In this document: positions 12,497-25,199 of the stretch, in pieces
Position numbering within the stretch: the stretch's first letter is position 1
How the letters are laid out: each line of letters opens with the position of its first letter
Source of the DNA: Eledone cirrhosa
Taxonomy: Eukaryota
Direction: 5' to 3'
Length of the DNA stretch: 64,000 nt
Assembly (NCBI GenBank): GCA_964016885.1
Contig: OZ024740.1
Coordinates: 141,112,001 to 141,176,000 of the forward strand
Notes under the pieces: generated by a model
Told to the model about the DNA's origin: nothing
The model's database searches: none
The model's input: the letters and a program-made list of their open reading frames with translations, nothing else
Made by a program: the position numbers and the translations under genes

Positions 12497-12654
12497 AGGA
12501 GTTGACGGACCCAGCATATTTATCAATGTCAGGACCGGTTGAATCCCAGCGTACTCAATAGGCAATGTAGGATACATTCCCAGAGTATACACATAGTTAT
12601 TCACTTCAATTCAATAACCTGGAAAATGGACATTAAACGATGATCATGATGATG

Positions 12655-12711
<57 letters not shown>

Positions 12712-12714
<3 letters not shown>

Positions 12715-14589
12715 GAGGTATTCAAGATTGCGAGGCAGGGTGTCAGAGATAGTTGTGATGTCATTGGAGAGAAGTGTATCCGGAATGATAAAGGTGAGCT
12801 TGCCCTCACAAGTGCTGAGAAGAAAGATGCATGGAAGAGTCATTATGATAGATTACTAAATGAGGAGAATGCATGGGAAGAAGAGACCCTACCCCACGTA
12901 GACCCTATAGAGGGACCAGCAGTACAAGTCAGCGGCAGCGTAGTAAGTAAGGCAATCAGAGATATGAAGATAGGGAAGGCAACCGGTCCATCGGGTATAG
13001 CTGCCGAGATGCTGAAGGCATCTGGGTCTGTAGGTCACACTATAACCACACGTATCGTTAACCAGGTAATACTAGAGGGGGCCATACCAAAAGATTGGTG
13101 CAGTAGCATCATTGTCAACTGCTACAAAGGTAAAGGCGATGCACTAGATAGAGGAAACTATAGAGGTATAAAGTTGATGGACCAGGTCATGAAAGTAACA
13201 GAAAGAGTTATAGCACAGCTGATTAGGGACCGGGTGAATATAGACGAGATGCAATTTGGTTTTGTACCAGGGAAAGGCACCACTGATGCCCTCTTCCTTG
13301 TGAGGCAATTACAGGAAAAGTACCTAGCTAAAAGTAAGCCACTCTACTTGGCATTTGTCGACCTTGAGAAAGCCTTTGACAGAGTTCCACGTGCAGTAAT
13401 CTGGTGGGCTCTTAGAAAACTAGGAGTAGATGAATGGCTTGTGAAAGCGGTACAAGCCATGTATAGGGGAGCAGTCAGCAAAGTTAGGATTGGCAATGAG
13501 TATAGCGAGGAATTTAGCGTACAGGTTGGGGTCCACCAGGGCTCTGTTCTTAGCCCTCTCCTGTTCATCATAGTCCTGCAGGCAATAACGGAGGAGTTTA
13601 AGACCGGATGCCCATGGGAACTCCTGTATGCTGATGACCTCGCACTCATAGCTGAATCTATGGTAGAACTAGAGAATAAATTCCAAACCTGGAAGCAGGG
13701 ACTAGAGAGAAAAGGCCTCAAAGTCAACATGACAAAGACTAAGGTCCTTATAAGTAGACGAGAAAACAGAACCCAGATCCCCTCAGGGAAATGGCCTTGC
13801 TCAGTATGTAGGAAAGGTGTAGGTAGGAACTCCATTCTCTGCCCCAAATGCAAACAATGGGTACACAAGAGATGTAGCGGGATCTCAGGAAGCTTAATTA
13901 AGAATGTAGGATTCACATGCAGCAGCTGTGCTGAAACAGCAAGCAAACAGCCACAGGAAACAAGTACCACCAATCTTTGGGAGGGCCCTGTAGAAACAGT
14001 AGACAGCTTCTGCTACCTAGGTGACCGAATTAGCAACGGAGGTGGGTGCTCAGAAAGTACAATAACTAGGGTAAGAACGGGATGGAAGAAGTTTAGGGAA
14101 CTACTACCACTGCTAGCTGCAAAAGGCTTCTCCCTCAGAATGAAAGGCAGACTGTATGATGCGTGTATCCGAACAGCGATGTTGCATGGTAGTGAGACCT
14201 GGGCGCTGAAGGTGGAAGACTTATGTAGATTAGAGAGAAACGAAGCCTGCATGCTCCGATGGATGTGTAACAGTAATATACGTGAACGACAAAGCATAAA
14301 GGAATTGAGAGAGAGACTGAGCATAAGAGGAATCAAATGCTGCGTGCAGGAGAGGCGGTTACGCTGGTATGGACATGTGATGCGTATGAAGGATGACAGC
14401 TGCATAAAAAGGTGCAGAGCACTAGAAGTTGATGGAAACCGCGGAGTGGGGAGACCCAAGATGACTTGGGATGAGGTGATAAAAGCCGACCTTACCCAAC
14501 TACACCTCTCAAAGTCAATGACACACGACCGTGACTTCTGGCGTCACGCAGTAATACAGGGTACCCGACCTCCCATGGGTACATGCTGA
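12712..14589 (+). CDS. Partial LINE ORF: reverse transcriptase with internal C4HC3 (PHD) finger; endonuclease lost to 5' truncation
   Basis: Motifs NYRGIKL, QFGF, FVDLEKAFDRV, GVHQGSVLSPLLF, LLYADD, FCYLG and LHGSETW. C-x2-C-x10-C-x2-C-x4-H-x2-C-x14-C-x2-C at 13798-13929. Confidence 0.92.
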
Positions 14590-14891
14590 AGCATATAAAC
14601 AATATGCCCCCCCCCCCACCGCAAGGTGGTCGTGGAGGTGCCACGGCAAAAAAGCACCCAGCCCACACTGTAAAGTGGACGTGTAGGCGCCACGAAAAAG
14701 CACCCAGCACTCACTGTAAATGAGGTTGGTGTTAGGAAGGGCATCCAGCTGTAGAAATCAAGCCAGATCAGTTCCTGTATGAGCAAGGCATGGTCAGCCG
14801 ACCAGACACTGCCCACAACAGGACAACCCGTCTAACCCATGCTAGCGTGGAAGAACGGACGTAAAACGGTGATGATGATGAACGGTGATGA
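12712..14891 (+). mobile_element. 5'-truncated RTE-clade LINE, subfamily A, young copy
   Basis: Begins directly after (TA)n, carries an uninterrupted RT frame and a 3' UTR with ggttggtgttaggaagggcatccagctgtagaaa, then a (GAT)n tail followed by (TA)n. Confidence 0.95.
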
Positions 14892-14912
14892 TATATATAT
14901 ATATATCTGTGA

Positions 14913-15030
14913 AGGCGTGTAGCTGAGTGGTTAGAGAATCGGATTCGCAATCGTAAGGTTGTGAGTTCGAATCCTGGACCAGGCGATGCGTTATGTCCTT
15001 GAGCAAGACACTTTATTTCACGTTGCTCCT
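14913..15030 (+). mobile_element. SINE family A-like 5' part (tRNA-derived head)
   Basis: gtagctgagtggttagag...gagttcgaatcc followed by tccttgagcaagacactttatttcacgttgctcc, as in 22768-23110. Confidence 0.75.
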
Positions 15031-15131
15031 TCTACCTGGAGTTGCGACCGATAGATAGTATTAGCAATTGGAAAGACCAACGGAAACATTGTTCCCTCGG
15101 TCCGATTTGACGAAAGTCGATCGTTCCTATA

Positions 15132-15181
<50 letters not shown>

Positions 15182-15234
15182 ATCGCTAGTTTGTGATTTA
15201 AATTCAGGAATTTTATATTCTTTGAATGAAAAGA

Positions 15235-15318
15235 ACCTTCTGACGAGAATCTCTCTTTGCAACGAAGGCCGTATGGTCTCCGTTTTATTTTTGGGATTCG
15301 AAACCGATCGGTAAAGGT
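15235..15318 (+). ncRNA. Canonical type I hammerhead ribozyme motif (best in window)
   Basis: ACCUU-CUGACGA-GAAUCUC...GGGAUUC-GAAAC-CGAUCG-GUA-AAGGU: full core, G10.1-C11.1 pair, 5-bp stem I, 7-bp stem II base, palindromic stem III ACCGAUCGGU. Confidence 0.85.
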
Positions 15319-15385
15319 AACTATAGTAGGTAAAGTCAATTTTTTAAAATTTATTTTGAAACTTTTTCATTATTTACTGAACCTT

Positions 15386-15423
<38 letters not shown>

Positions 15424-15424
<1 letters not shown>

Positions 15425-16046
15425 TCATCATCATCATCATCATCAACGTTTAACGTCCGTGTTCCACGCTTGCATGGGTTTGGACGGGGGTAGTCCCACT
15501 TGAGGCAAGAGTGATTGTCTTGCTCGCATAGGACTGTCTGGCAGGTTTTCTACAGTTGGATGCCCTTCCTAACACCAACCACATTTACAGTGTGGGTCTG
15601 GGAGGTTTTTACCGTGTTGCCTACACGGCCACATTACAGCGTGGACTGTGTGTTTTTTTGTCGTGACACCTACACGATCTCATTTGTTTCGGCCTCGATG
15701 GCGCGGCACCAACATAACTTTACATAGAACGGGGTGGTGTGGATCGGGTGGGGGTGGGGGTGGTGGGACGGGGTGTATTTTGTTAGAGATGCCTACTGGC
15801 TGGAGTAGGTTTTACTATATATTTAGGTAAGGCGGGTCTTCTCTGTTACTGAGTACCGCCAAAGGTCTCGGTCCAGTGACATTGTCTTGGAGAGGTGTAA
15901 GTGTGTGATGTCGGAGTTTATCAGCTCGTCCCAGGTTTTTCTAGGTCTGCCTATTCCGTGACTACCGTCTATCTTTATTGCCCTGCACTTTGTTATACAG
16001 CTATCGACTTTCATGCGCATCACGTGTCCATACCAACGTAGCCTTA
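15424..16046 (-). mobile_element. 5'-truncated RTE LINE, subfamily B
   Basis: RLRWYGHVMRMK...GRPRKTWD; highly similar to 20622-21220; bounded by TA microsatellites. Confidence 0.9.
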
Positions 16047-16067
16047 CATATATATATATGCACATAC

Positions 16068-16101
<34 letters not shown>

Positions 16102-16766
16102 GTATGTATATGCATATCATCATCATCATCATCGTTTAATGTCCATTTTCCAGGTTAGAATGGGTTAGACGGGTTGTCTCATTTGAGGTATGTTTGGTCA
16201 GATGACCATGTCCTGTTCATACAGGACTATTTCTGGCTTGGTTTCTACAGCTGGATGCCCTTTTTAACACCAACCACATTTACAGTGTGTGCAGGTGTTT
16301 TTTGTTGTGACACCTACACAACCACTTTACAGTGTGGAGGGAACTTTGGTAATTGTGGAGGTAGGTATAGGGGCATGTGTGAGGAGTGGGGTGTTAGGAA
16401 GTGGGAGGATGGAGGTGAATGTGGTGCATACTAGATGTATACTTCATCCTGTGTTCATGGGAAGGCCGGTCTTCTGTAATATTAATAATGAATTTTCTAA
16501 TTTTTGTGCAAGATAAAAACACATTTTGGGATGGAATACAGGTGACAGATGGTATAATTGATATAAGCTACCTGAGTATTTCAATTGTATTTATTTTACT
16601 GACCCTGGGAGGGACTTAAATATAATGTATAGAAATGAAGTTCAATATCACATTGTATTTTATTAAGCTCTAGCCAATATTCCATCTACCACCCCACCGT
16701 TTTTTTAACCCTTTTAATAGTAAATTCATCATGTTTTTTATATTATGGATGTTTATATATATATAT

Positions 16767-16955
16767 AATTGTTTCTACTTTTGCCACAAGGCCAGCAATT
16801 ATCCCAGTGCATTACTGGTGCTTTATTTTATCGCCCCTGTAAGGATGAAAGGCAAAGTTAACCTCGGCGGGATTTGAACTCAGACCTAAAGGGCTGTAAC
16901 TCCATGTTCCAAATCATGGCGTCCCATCCTCTACCAACATTGCCAATCCACCGTC
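16767..16955 (-). mobile_element. tRNA-derived SINE family B
   Basis: Reverse complement of the 16975-17161 consensus. Confidence 0.85.
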
Positions 16956-16974
16956 ATTATATATATATATATGT

Positions 16975-17160
16975 GGGCGGTGGATTGGCAGTATCGGTAG
17001 AGAGTCGGACGCCATGCTTTCCAGCATAGTTATGTCCCTTTACGATCTGAGTTCAAATCCCACCGAGGTTAACTTTGCCTTTCATCCTTACGGGTCGATA
17101 AAATAAAGAACCAGTAATGCACTGGGTAATTGCTGGCCTTCTGCCTAACGTAGAAACAAT

Positions 17161-17161
<1 letters not shown>
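16975..17161 (+). mobile_element. tRNA-derived SINE family B
   Basis: tggcagtatcggtagag (A-box-like), gagttcaaatcc (B box), central ctttgcctttcatcctt..ggtcgataaaataaagtacc, end gtagaaacaatt. At least eight related copies occur in the window. Confidence 0.88.
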
Positions 17162-17192
<31 letters not shown>

Positions 17193-17535
17193 ATGCATGG
17201 AAATTTTCTTCCATTTTTCCTTTGTTTTATTCATAACACTAGTGCTATAAGAGGCACCACACTTTTTCCCTGATATCACATAAAATTCTGTGTACTTGTA
17301 GCTTAATTGCTATAAATTAATGTTTTGTCTCTCATCTCTTACTCTACATTTGGGTTGTTTCAGATGCTGTGACCGACCCTGGGTGGACTAGTACCATTGG
17401 TAGGGATTGAAACTGCCAAAGTCCAACTCAATGGCTGATGAACCTGGAGTTCTGTGTCCTTCATTAGTATTTTTTTTCAAAAAATATTTTTTTAAGGTTT
17501 CCTCTTATATATATATACATATATATATATATATC

Positions 17536-17618
<83 letters not shown>

Positions 17619-17621
17619 TTA

Positions 17622-17795
17622 TTGGCAGTATCGGTGGAGGGTCGGACGCCATGCTTTCCAGCATAGTTGCATCCCTTTACGATCTGAGTTCAAATCCCAC
17701 CGAGGTTGACTTTGCCTTTCATCCTTACGTGGTCGAGAAAATAAAGTACCAGTAATGCACTGGGTAATTGCTGGCCTTGTGCCCAAAGTAGAAAC

Positions 17796-17799
<4 letters not shown>
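17622..17799 (+). mobile_element. tRNA-derived SINE family B
   Basis: Same consensus, between two (TA)n tracts. Confidence 0.85.
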
Positions 17800-17854
<55 letters not shown>

Positions 17855-17972
17855 TAAACGGAATAGAAAATGCTGACAAATTGTTCACAGTTGAAAAATG
17901 GTTTAATTAGGAATAAAAGAGTATTAGTGATTGTATGGGTTAGTATTCAGTTGTGGTTTTAAGTTTTTAAGT

Positions 17973-18009
17973 TTTTACCGGTTGCGCATTTCTAAATGCT
18001 TTTCAAAAA
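17973..18009 (-). ncRNA. Variant minimal hammerhead (U3-A8 core, GCAA)
   Basis: Reverse complement of 20258-20294, located at the 3' terminus of the PLE. Confidence 0.5.
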
Positions 18010-18349
18010 TAATTTTGAGATAGAGTGTCCGTGCTGTTTGCTCTAATCTGATTAGTTTTGGGAATTCTACCTGTTTTTATGTTAAAAAAGTGGCTCCAGC
18101 GTTATTTTTGTGTTGCAAAAATGCTTGTGGTCAAAACAATTTTGATTGGTCGGTAGAGGTCATGTGAATGTAAAAAGTTGATTTTGCGCCAAGACTGTTT
18201 TTATGTTAAAATGTTAAAAAAGTGGCTCCAGCAAAAATTATTGGTCAAAACAATTTTGATTGGTCGGTAGAGGTCATGTGGATAAAAAATTGGTTTTGCG
18301 CCAAGATTGAGAAATGACTCTTTCACAACAAATATGTGTGTGTGTGTGT

Positions 18350-18392
<43 letters not shown>

Positions 18393-18480
18393 TGTGTGTG
18401 TGTGTGTGTAGTAGTAGTAGTAAGGTGTTCGATGCTGCGACAATGGCCAGCAGCGATGTGTGTCAAATGGCTATTAAGAT

Positions 18481-18585
<105 letters not shown>

Positions 18586-18703
18586 GCAGAGTCATTCGAA
18601 GGTCAAAAGATATTTTTCAGCTTTTGTCTTATACGGAGAAGTGCGTGTGTGTGTGTGTATAAGTCTCTTTGTATGTTGATGTACGCGTGTGTATGTGTTT
18701 GTG

Positions 18704-18742
<39 letters not shown>

Positions 18743-19060
18743 ACCAGTATTTTTTCCCCCTGGTAAAATGGTGTACATTATTCGATTTTTTCAGTAAAAT
18801 CGGTTCTCTTAATAGAACATCAAAAATCTTAACAATAAAAGGTGTGAAATGATATTCACTATATATATACACACACACACATACATTCACTACATATATA
18901 TATATATATATACATATATACATACATATATATGCACATATATTTTTTTGTATTGCACCGTAGAGCATGTGTGTTTACGTGTGTCATTCTGTTTATATGT
19001 GGGTAGAGATGTGTGCTGATGTAGGTATGTATGTTGACGTGTGTATGTTGTGGGTTCGTC

Positions 19061-20070
19061 TTAGGGAGAAGTGTTTAGACGGGGTCCGTATTTGTTAATG
19101 AAGTAAGATTCCTTGCTGATGCGCTGGGTGTGGGTGGCATTATCTTTAAATTTGTAGAGGGGAAAGATTCTGAAGTTGGGATGATTTTGGGCGGCACAGG
19201 TATCAATGTGTTCACTCAGTGGTATTTTCCTGTATTCCCGTATTTTAATTTGGGATCTATGGACAGTCATGCGTTGGCGGAGGCTGTTTTTGGTCTGGCC
19301 TATGTATTGTTCTCGACAACCTGAACAAGTTAATACATATATTAGATTTTCCGATGCACATGTGAAATTGTGTTTTACTATAAAACGCTGTCCATCTTTG
19401 AAATAGAATTCCGAACCCTCTATTAGGTTGATGCAAATGCCACAGTTGGGTCTATCGCATTTTTTTACTGTGGGTTTCGTTGTTGTGGTTGGCAGTACTT
19501 TGGCATGTGTTAAGATGTTTTTCATTGACTTGGATTGTCTTTTGCTCTTTATGATATCGTGTGTTCGTAGAATTTGGTTCATTCTATGGTCCTTTTTCAA
19601 TACAGGGATGTTCTGGAGGATGGTGTCAAAGGCCTCATTGTTGAGGGGGTTGTGTGTGGAGATGTATGGAAGAGCTTTTAGTTTTGGTTGATTTACTTTA
19701 GGGTGTCTAAGGTCCTGGGTACTGAGTTTTAGGGCACGTTGGATTCCATTGTCAATTAGTGATGCAGGGTAGTCCCTGCCTATGAGTATGTCCTTTAGTT
19801 CTTGTAGCCGTAAGTAGCAGATGTTTTTATTGGAGACTATAGTACAGATTCTCTTGGCTAAGTTGTAGGGAATATTAATTTTAACGTGTCTAGGGTGGCA
19901 AGAGTTGAAGGGGAGGTATTGCTTGGAGTCTGTGGGCTTGTAGTATATGTCTGTTTCTATTTTTTTGTTATGGATCTTAATGAGGATGTCGAGGAAGGGG
20001 AGTTGTTGATGGCTGTATTCCATCGTGAAGTTAATATTTGTGTTGAGCCCATTTATAAGGGTGTGAAATT
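19061..20070 (-). CDS. Partial PLE ORF: RT C-terminus, Cys-rich linker, GIY-YIG endonuclease
   Basis: NFTMEYS..LPFLDILI..TDIYYKPTDSKQYL..SCHP..K; linker KCDRPNCGIC..FTC; LIYVLTCSGCREQYIGQT..LRQRM..H..ESYFI..LN. Confidence 0.9.
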
Positions 20071-20257
20071 CTTTAAGGGTGTGAAATTATAAGGGTGATT
20101 CACATGACCTCTACCGACCAATCAAAATTGTTTTGACCACAAGCATTTTTGCAACACAAAAATAACGTTGGAGCCACTTTTTTAACATAAAAACAGGTAG
20201 AATTCCCAAAACTAATCAGATCAGAGCAAACAGCACGGACACTCTATCTCAAAATTA

Positions 20258-20294
20258 TTTTTGAAAAGCATTTAGAAATGCGCAACCGGTAAAA
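20258..20294 (+). ncRNA. Variant minimal hammerhead (U3-A8 core, GCAA)
   Basis: UUU-UUGAAAA-GCAUU-UAGA-AAUGC-GCAAC-CG-GUA-AAA; palindromic stem III ACCGGU. Confidence 0.5.
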
Positions 20295-20451
20295 ACTTAA
20301 AAACTTAAAACCACAACTGAATACTAACCCATACAATCACTAATACTCTTTTATTCCTAATTAAACCATTTTTCAACTGTGAACAATTTGTCAGCATTTT
20401 CTATTCCGTTTACCAATATATAATAACCTGTGTGTTACACATCTATTCTTT

Positions 20452-22088
<1,637 letters not shown>

Positions 22089-22162
22089 TTAATATATTCG
22101 TTGTATATATATATATATATAGTTTTGCGAGGTTTTTTATATGAAATCGTGTGTCGAAACAA

Positions 22163-22754
22163 ATATTGTTATACTTGGGGAGGGTCATATTTGTGTAATA
22201 TTGCGAGAATTAATAACAGAACACACTCACTGTTTGGTTGGTTTTCGCTTTTCGCTTCTGTATCTTTTATATCGGTAATCTAATTTATTCGGTCCTCAAT
22301 GTTGCCACTGACTCACCAACGGTCAAAAACAATACAGATACAATATAGACACAAACACATATATATAGTTTATCAAAGTTCTTTCGTTGCACATCTGCAA
22401 CATTGACAGTGGTGCTATTGTTTCCTCCCGTCACATTGTATGTCTACGCCATCTTGGCGTAGACATGGCGTAGACATGCAATGTGACGGGAGGAAACAAT
22501 AGCACCACTGACGATGTTGCAGATGTGCAACGAAAGAACTTTGATAAACTATATATATGTGTTTGTGTCTATATTGTATCTGTATTGTTTTTGACCGTTG
22601 GTCAGTCAATGGCAACATTGAGGACCGAATAAATTAGATTACCGATATAAAAGCCACAGAAGCGAAAAGCGAAAACCAACCAAACAGTGAGTGTGTTCTG
22701 TTATTAATTCTGGCAATATTACACAAATATGGCCCTCCCCAAGTATAACAATAT
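22163..22754. repeat. Large near-perfect palindrome (~290-bp arms, 12-bp spacer)
   Basis: Arms 22163-22452 and 22465-22754 are reverse complements with several substitutions. The left end resembles a dispersed repeat also seen at ~52960-53060. Confidence 0.9.
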
Positions 22755-22767
22755 ATATATATATAGT

Positions 22768-23107
22768 GGAGGCACATGGCTTAGTGGTTAGAGCATTGGC
22801 CTTGCAATCGAAAGGTTGTGAGTTCAATTCTCAGACTGGGTGATGTGTTGTTTCCTTGAGCAAGACACTTTATTTCACGTTGCTCCAGTTTACTCAGCTG
22901 TAGAAATGAGATGATAGGGACCGGGATCCCTATCATTCCACTGTAAAGTGGTCGTGGAGGTGCCACGGCAAAAAAGCACCCAGCACTCACTGTAAATGAG
23001 GTTGGTGTTAGGAAGGGCATACAGCTGTAGAAATCAAGCCAAATCAGTTCCCGTCACACCCTTGCAAGCAGGGAAAAGTGGACGTAAAATGAAATGATGA
23101 TGAATGA

Positions 23108-23110
<3 letters not shown>
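22768..23110 (+). mobile_element. Full-length tRNA-derived SINE family A with RTE-derived 3' half
   Basis: Head ggaggcacatggcttagtggttagag..gagttcaattc; ~22945-23050 is nearly identical to the RTE-A 3' UTR; (TGA)n tail. Confidence 0.88.
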
Positions 23111-23164
<54 letters not shown>

Positions 23165-23379
23165 TTCGTTATGTAATTCAGTGAGAATATATTCTTGTGT
23201 TCCAAGGTGAAACAAACAGAGAAGAAACTAAAAATTACATTAACAGATGGACAAACATTTCACGTAGCTGTTCACCAGTGTAATATAGAAGGGAATTTAT
23301 TAATTTCCCCAATGCCTGATCCCAGATCTTCAACCTTGTAACCGGAAATTCATACTCAGAAAGACAGACATATTATATA

Positions 23380-23435
<56 letters not shown>

Positions 23436-23950
23436 CACAGGATGTGTATGATAAAAATATAACCAAGATCAGGTAATAACTGAATGTGTTATGTGGTATG
23501 TCAAGAATTAGCTGTCCACTTAACATTTCTTTTTCATTACTTAGCTTCTGGCATACAGAAGCCTCTCCTTGTGGCATGCCGGGAATAACAGTCAAATTTT
23601 ACTGGGATCGTGCAATGCTGTCCTTTTACTCTTTTGATACCAGACTGATCAAATCCAGCTTTGGTTGTATTAAACAAAATCACCCACTTTAAAGTGCTCC
23701 CATTTAAATTAAAAACTTCCAGCATAATTAACCATAATGGTATGCTATATATATTTGTACATTTGTAGCTCCATTTGTAGCTCTTTAAAATTTACACATA
23801 CATATACACAATGCATTATCATTGTCTGTCATATTGCTACAATAAGAAGTTCACTTTGCAGTCATAGGGTTGTAGGTTCTAAATCTACATTTGTCCCTGT
23901 AATTAGTTATTTCTTTGACGTTATTCATACATTAAATTCTATATGTCATA

Positions 23951-24329
23951 TACTTTCAGGCCCCCAAATAATAGGGGAAATAGGAATAAGCAGAGTGCGG
24001 GTATTGGAATAAGCGGGAGGGAGGTGGAAAATCGGTAATTTTTCTAAGTTGTCTCCGTTGATTTTTTAAAAACCAGAATTAGTCATTTAGTTTACATTTT
24101 GAGACCCCAAAACATCCTATTTATTGTATTATGTATGGGATTTCTAGTAATGTACATGTTTAATGTCTTTTTAATGTAGAAAGAAAATTAATTATTGCAG
24201 GAATGCTACCACTTGAAATAAAACTTTGCTGGAGATAGATTAGCAAAATTTAATAAGCAGAAGTAGTTGGAACAAATCTGAAAAATTAATAAGCGGAGTA
24301 GGGGGAAAATTATTCAAGACCTGGGAGTA
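23951..24329. mobile_element. MITE-like element with imperfect TIRs (Tc1/pogo-like, TA-flanked)
   Basis: TA-ctttcaggcccccaaataat ... attattcaagacctgggag-TA; internal repeated aataagc(a/g)g motifs. Confidence 0.5.
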
Positions 24330-25199
24330 TGCTGAACATTTATGTAATTATATCCTAGAAATATCATTCTTATCTTTAATCTCTTCATAGTTTGTATGAT
24401 TATTCATATATTCAGTTATCCTACTATATATGGAATACCAATCCTGGACTCCAAAAATTAAATATGTTCAATGTTATTGCTGTTATTATACTGGTCCACT
24501 AATATGATATAAGAACTGTATGTCAAGTTTACTAGCTTAGTAATGAAATGATTAATCATTTTATCAAATCCCTAGCAATTCTTCATAAATTAAGTGAAAT
24601 ATTTCATTAAAAATACAGTCATGAAAGAGTTAATTTCTGCATACCTAAAAAACAAAATCAGGATGGTTTTTGGCTACAATGCCTTATAGATCATAGATAG
24701 ATCGGGACTGACCTGGAGCTAAACAAATACAACAACGATTTACAGGCACGGTCAGTTATTTCAGAGCACACACACACACACACACACACACACATGCACT
24801 CATATATGCATACACTGTGGAAGTCTAGTAGTGACTGAGTACAACCACTTCAAAGATTCAATTTATGCTGTTCTTATATTTGTTTATTTTGTCTCTAATG
24901 ACATCTCATGTGGCTTATTAAACCTGCAAGAGACTCACATGCCATACCACAATGTTTGCATAACAGTTTTCCTACAGCAGCTTGCCTTTGAAGATGTTGA
25001 GATTTGTAATGCTGAGTGAGTCCACTGGCTGACCTACACTCTTTGTTACACACGCTGCAAGAGAAATCAACCTGGATGTCATGTTGGTAGATGGTGTTTC
25101 CTTGACATCATTTGTGGCTAATTAGGCCTGCTTTGGAAAAGCAAACTCAGCCACATTCGTCAAATGAAAGAAATTCTTTTGTTACCTTTTCAGGGAGGG

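Noticed and set aside
12640-12711. Annotated ATG start of the 649-aa ORF
   Set aside because: The start lies in an upstream (GAT)n/(TA)n tract that happens to be in frame; the LINE is 5'-truncated at ~12712.
14913-14980. tRNA genes at SINE heads (also 16975, 22768, 41082)
   Set aside because: Only A/B-box-like remnants continuing into SINE bodies; no complete cloverleaf.
17364-17467. Possible host exon (tttcag acceptor, MADEPGVLCPSL) or degenerate hammerhead
   Set aside because: Stops in all frames upstream of the ATG, a weak donor and an incomplete HHR core; needs RNA-seq.
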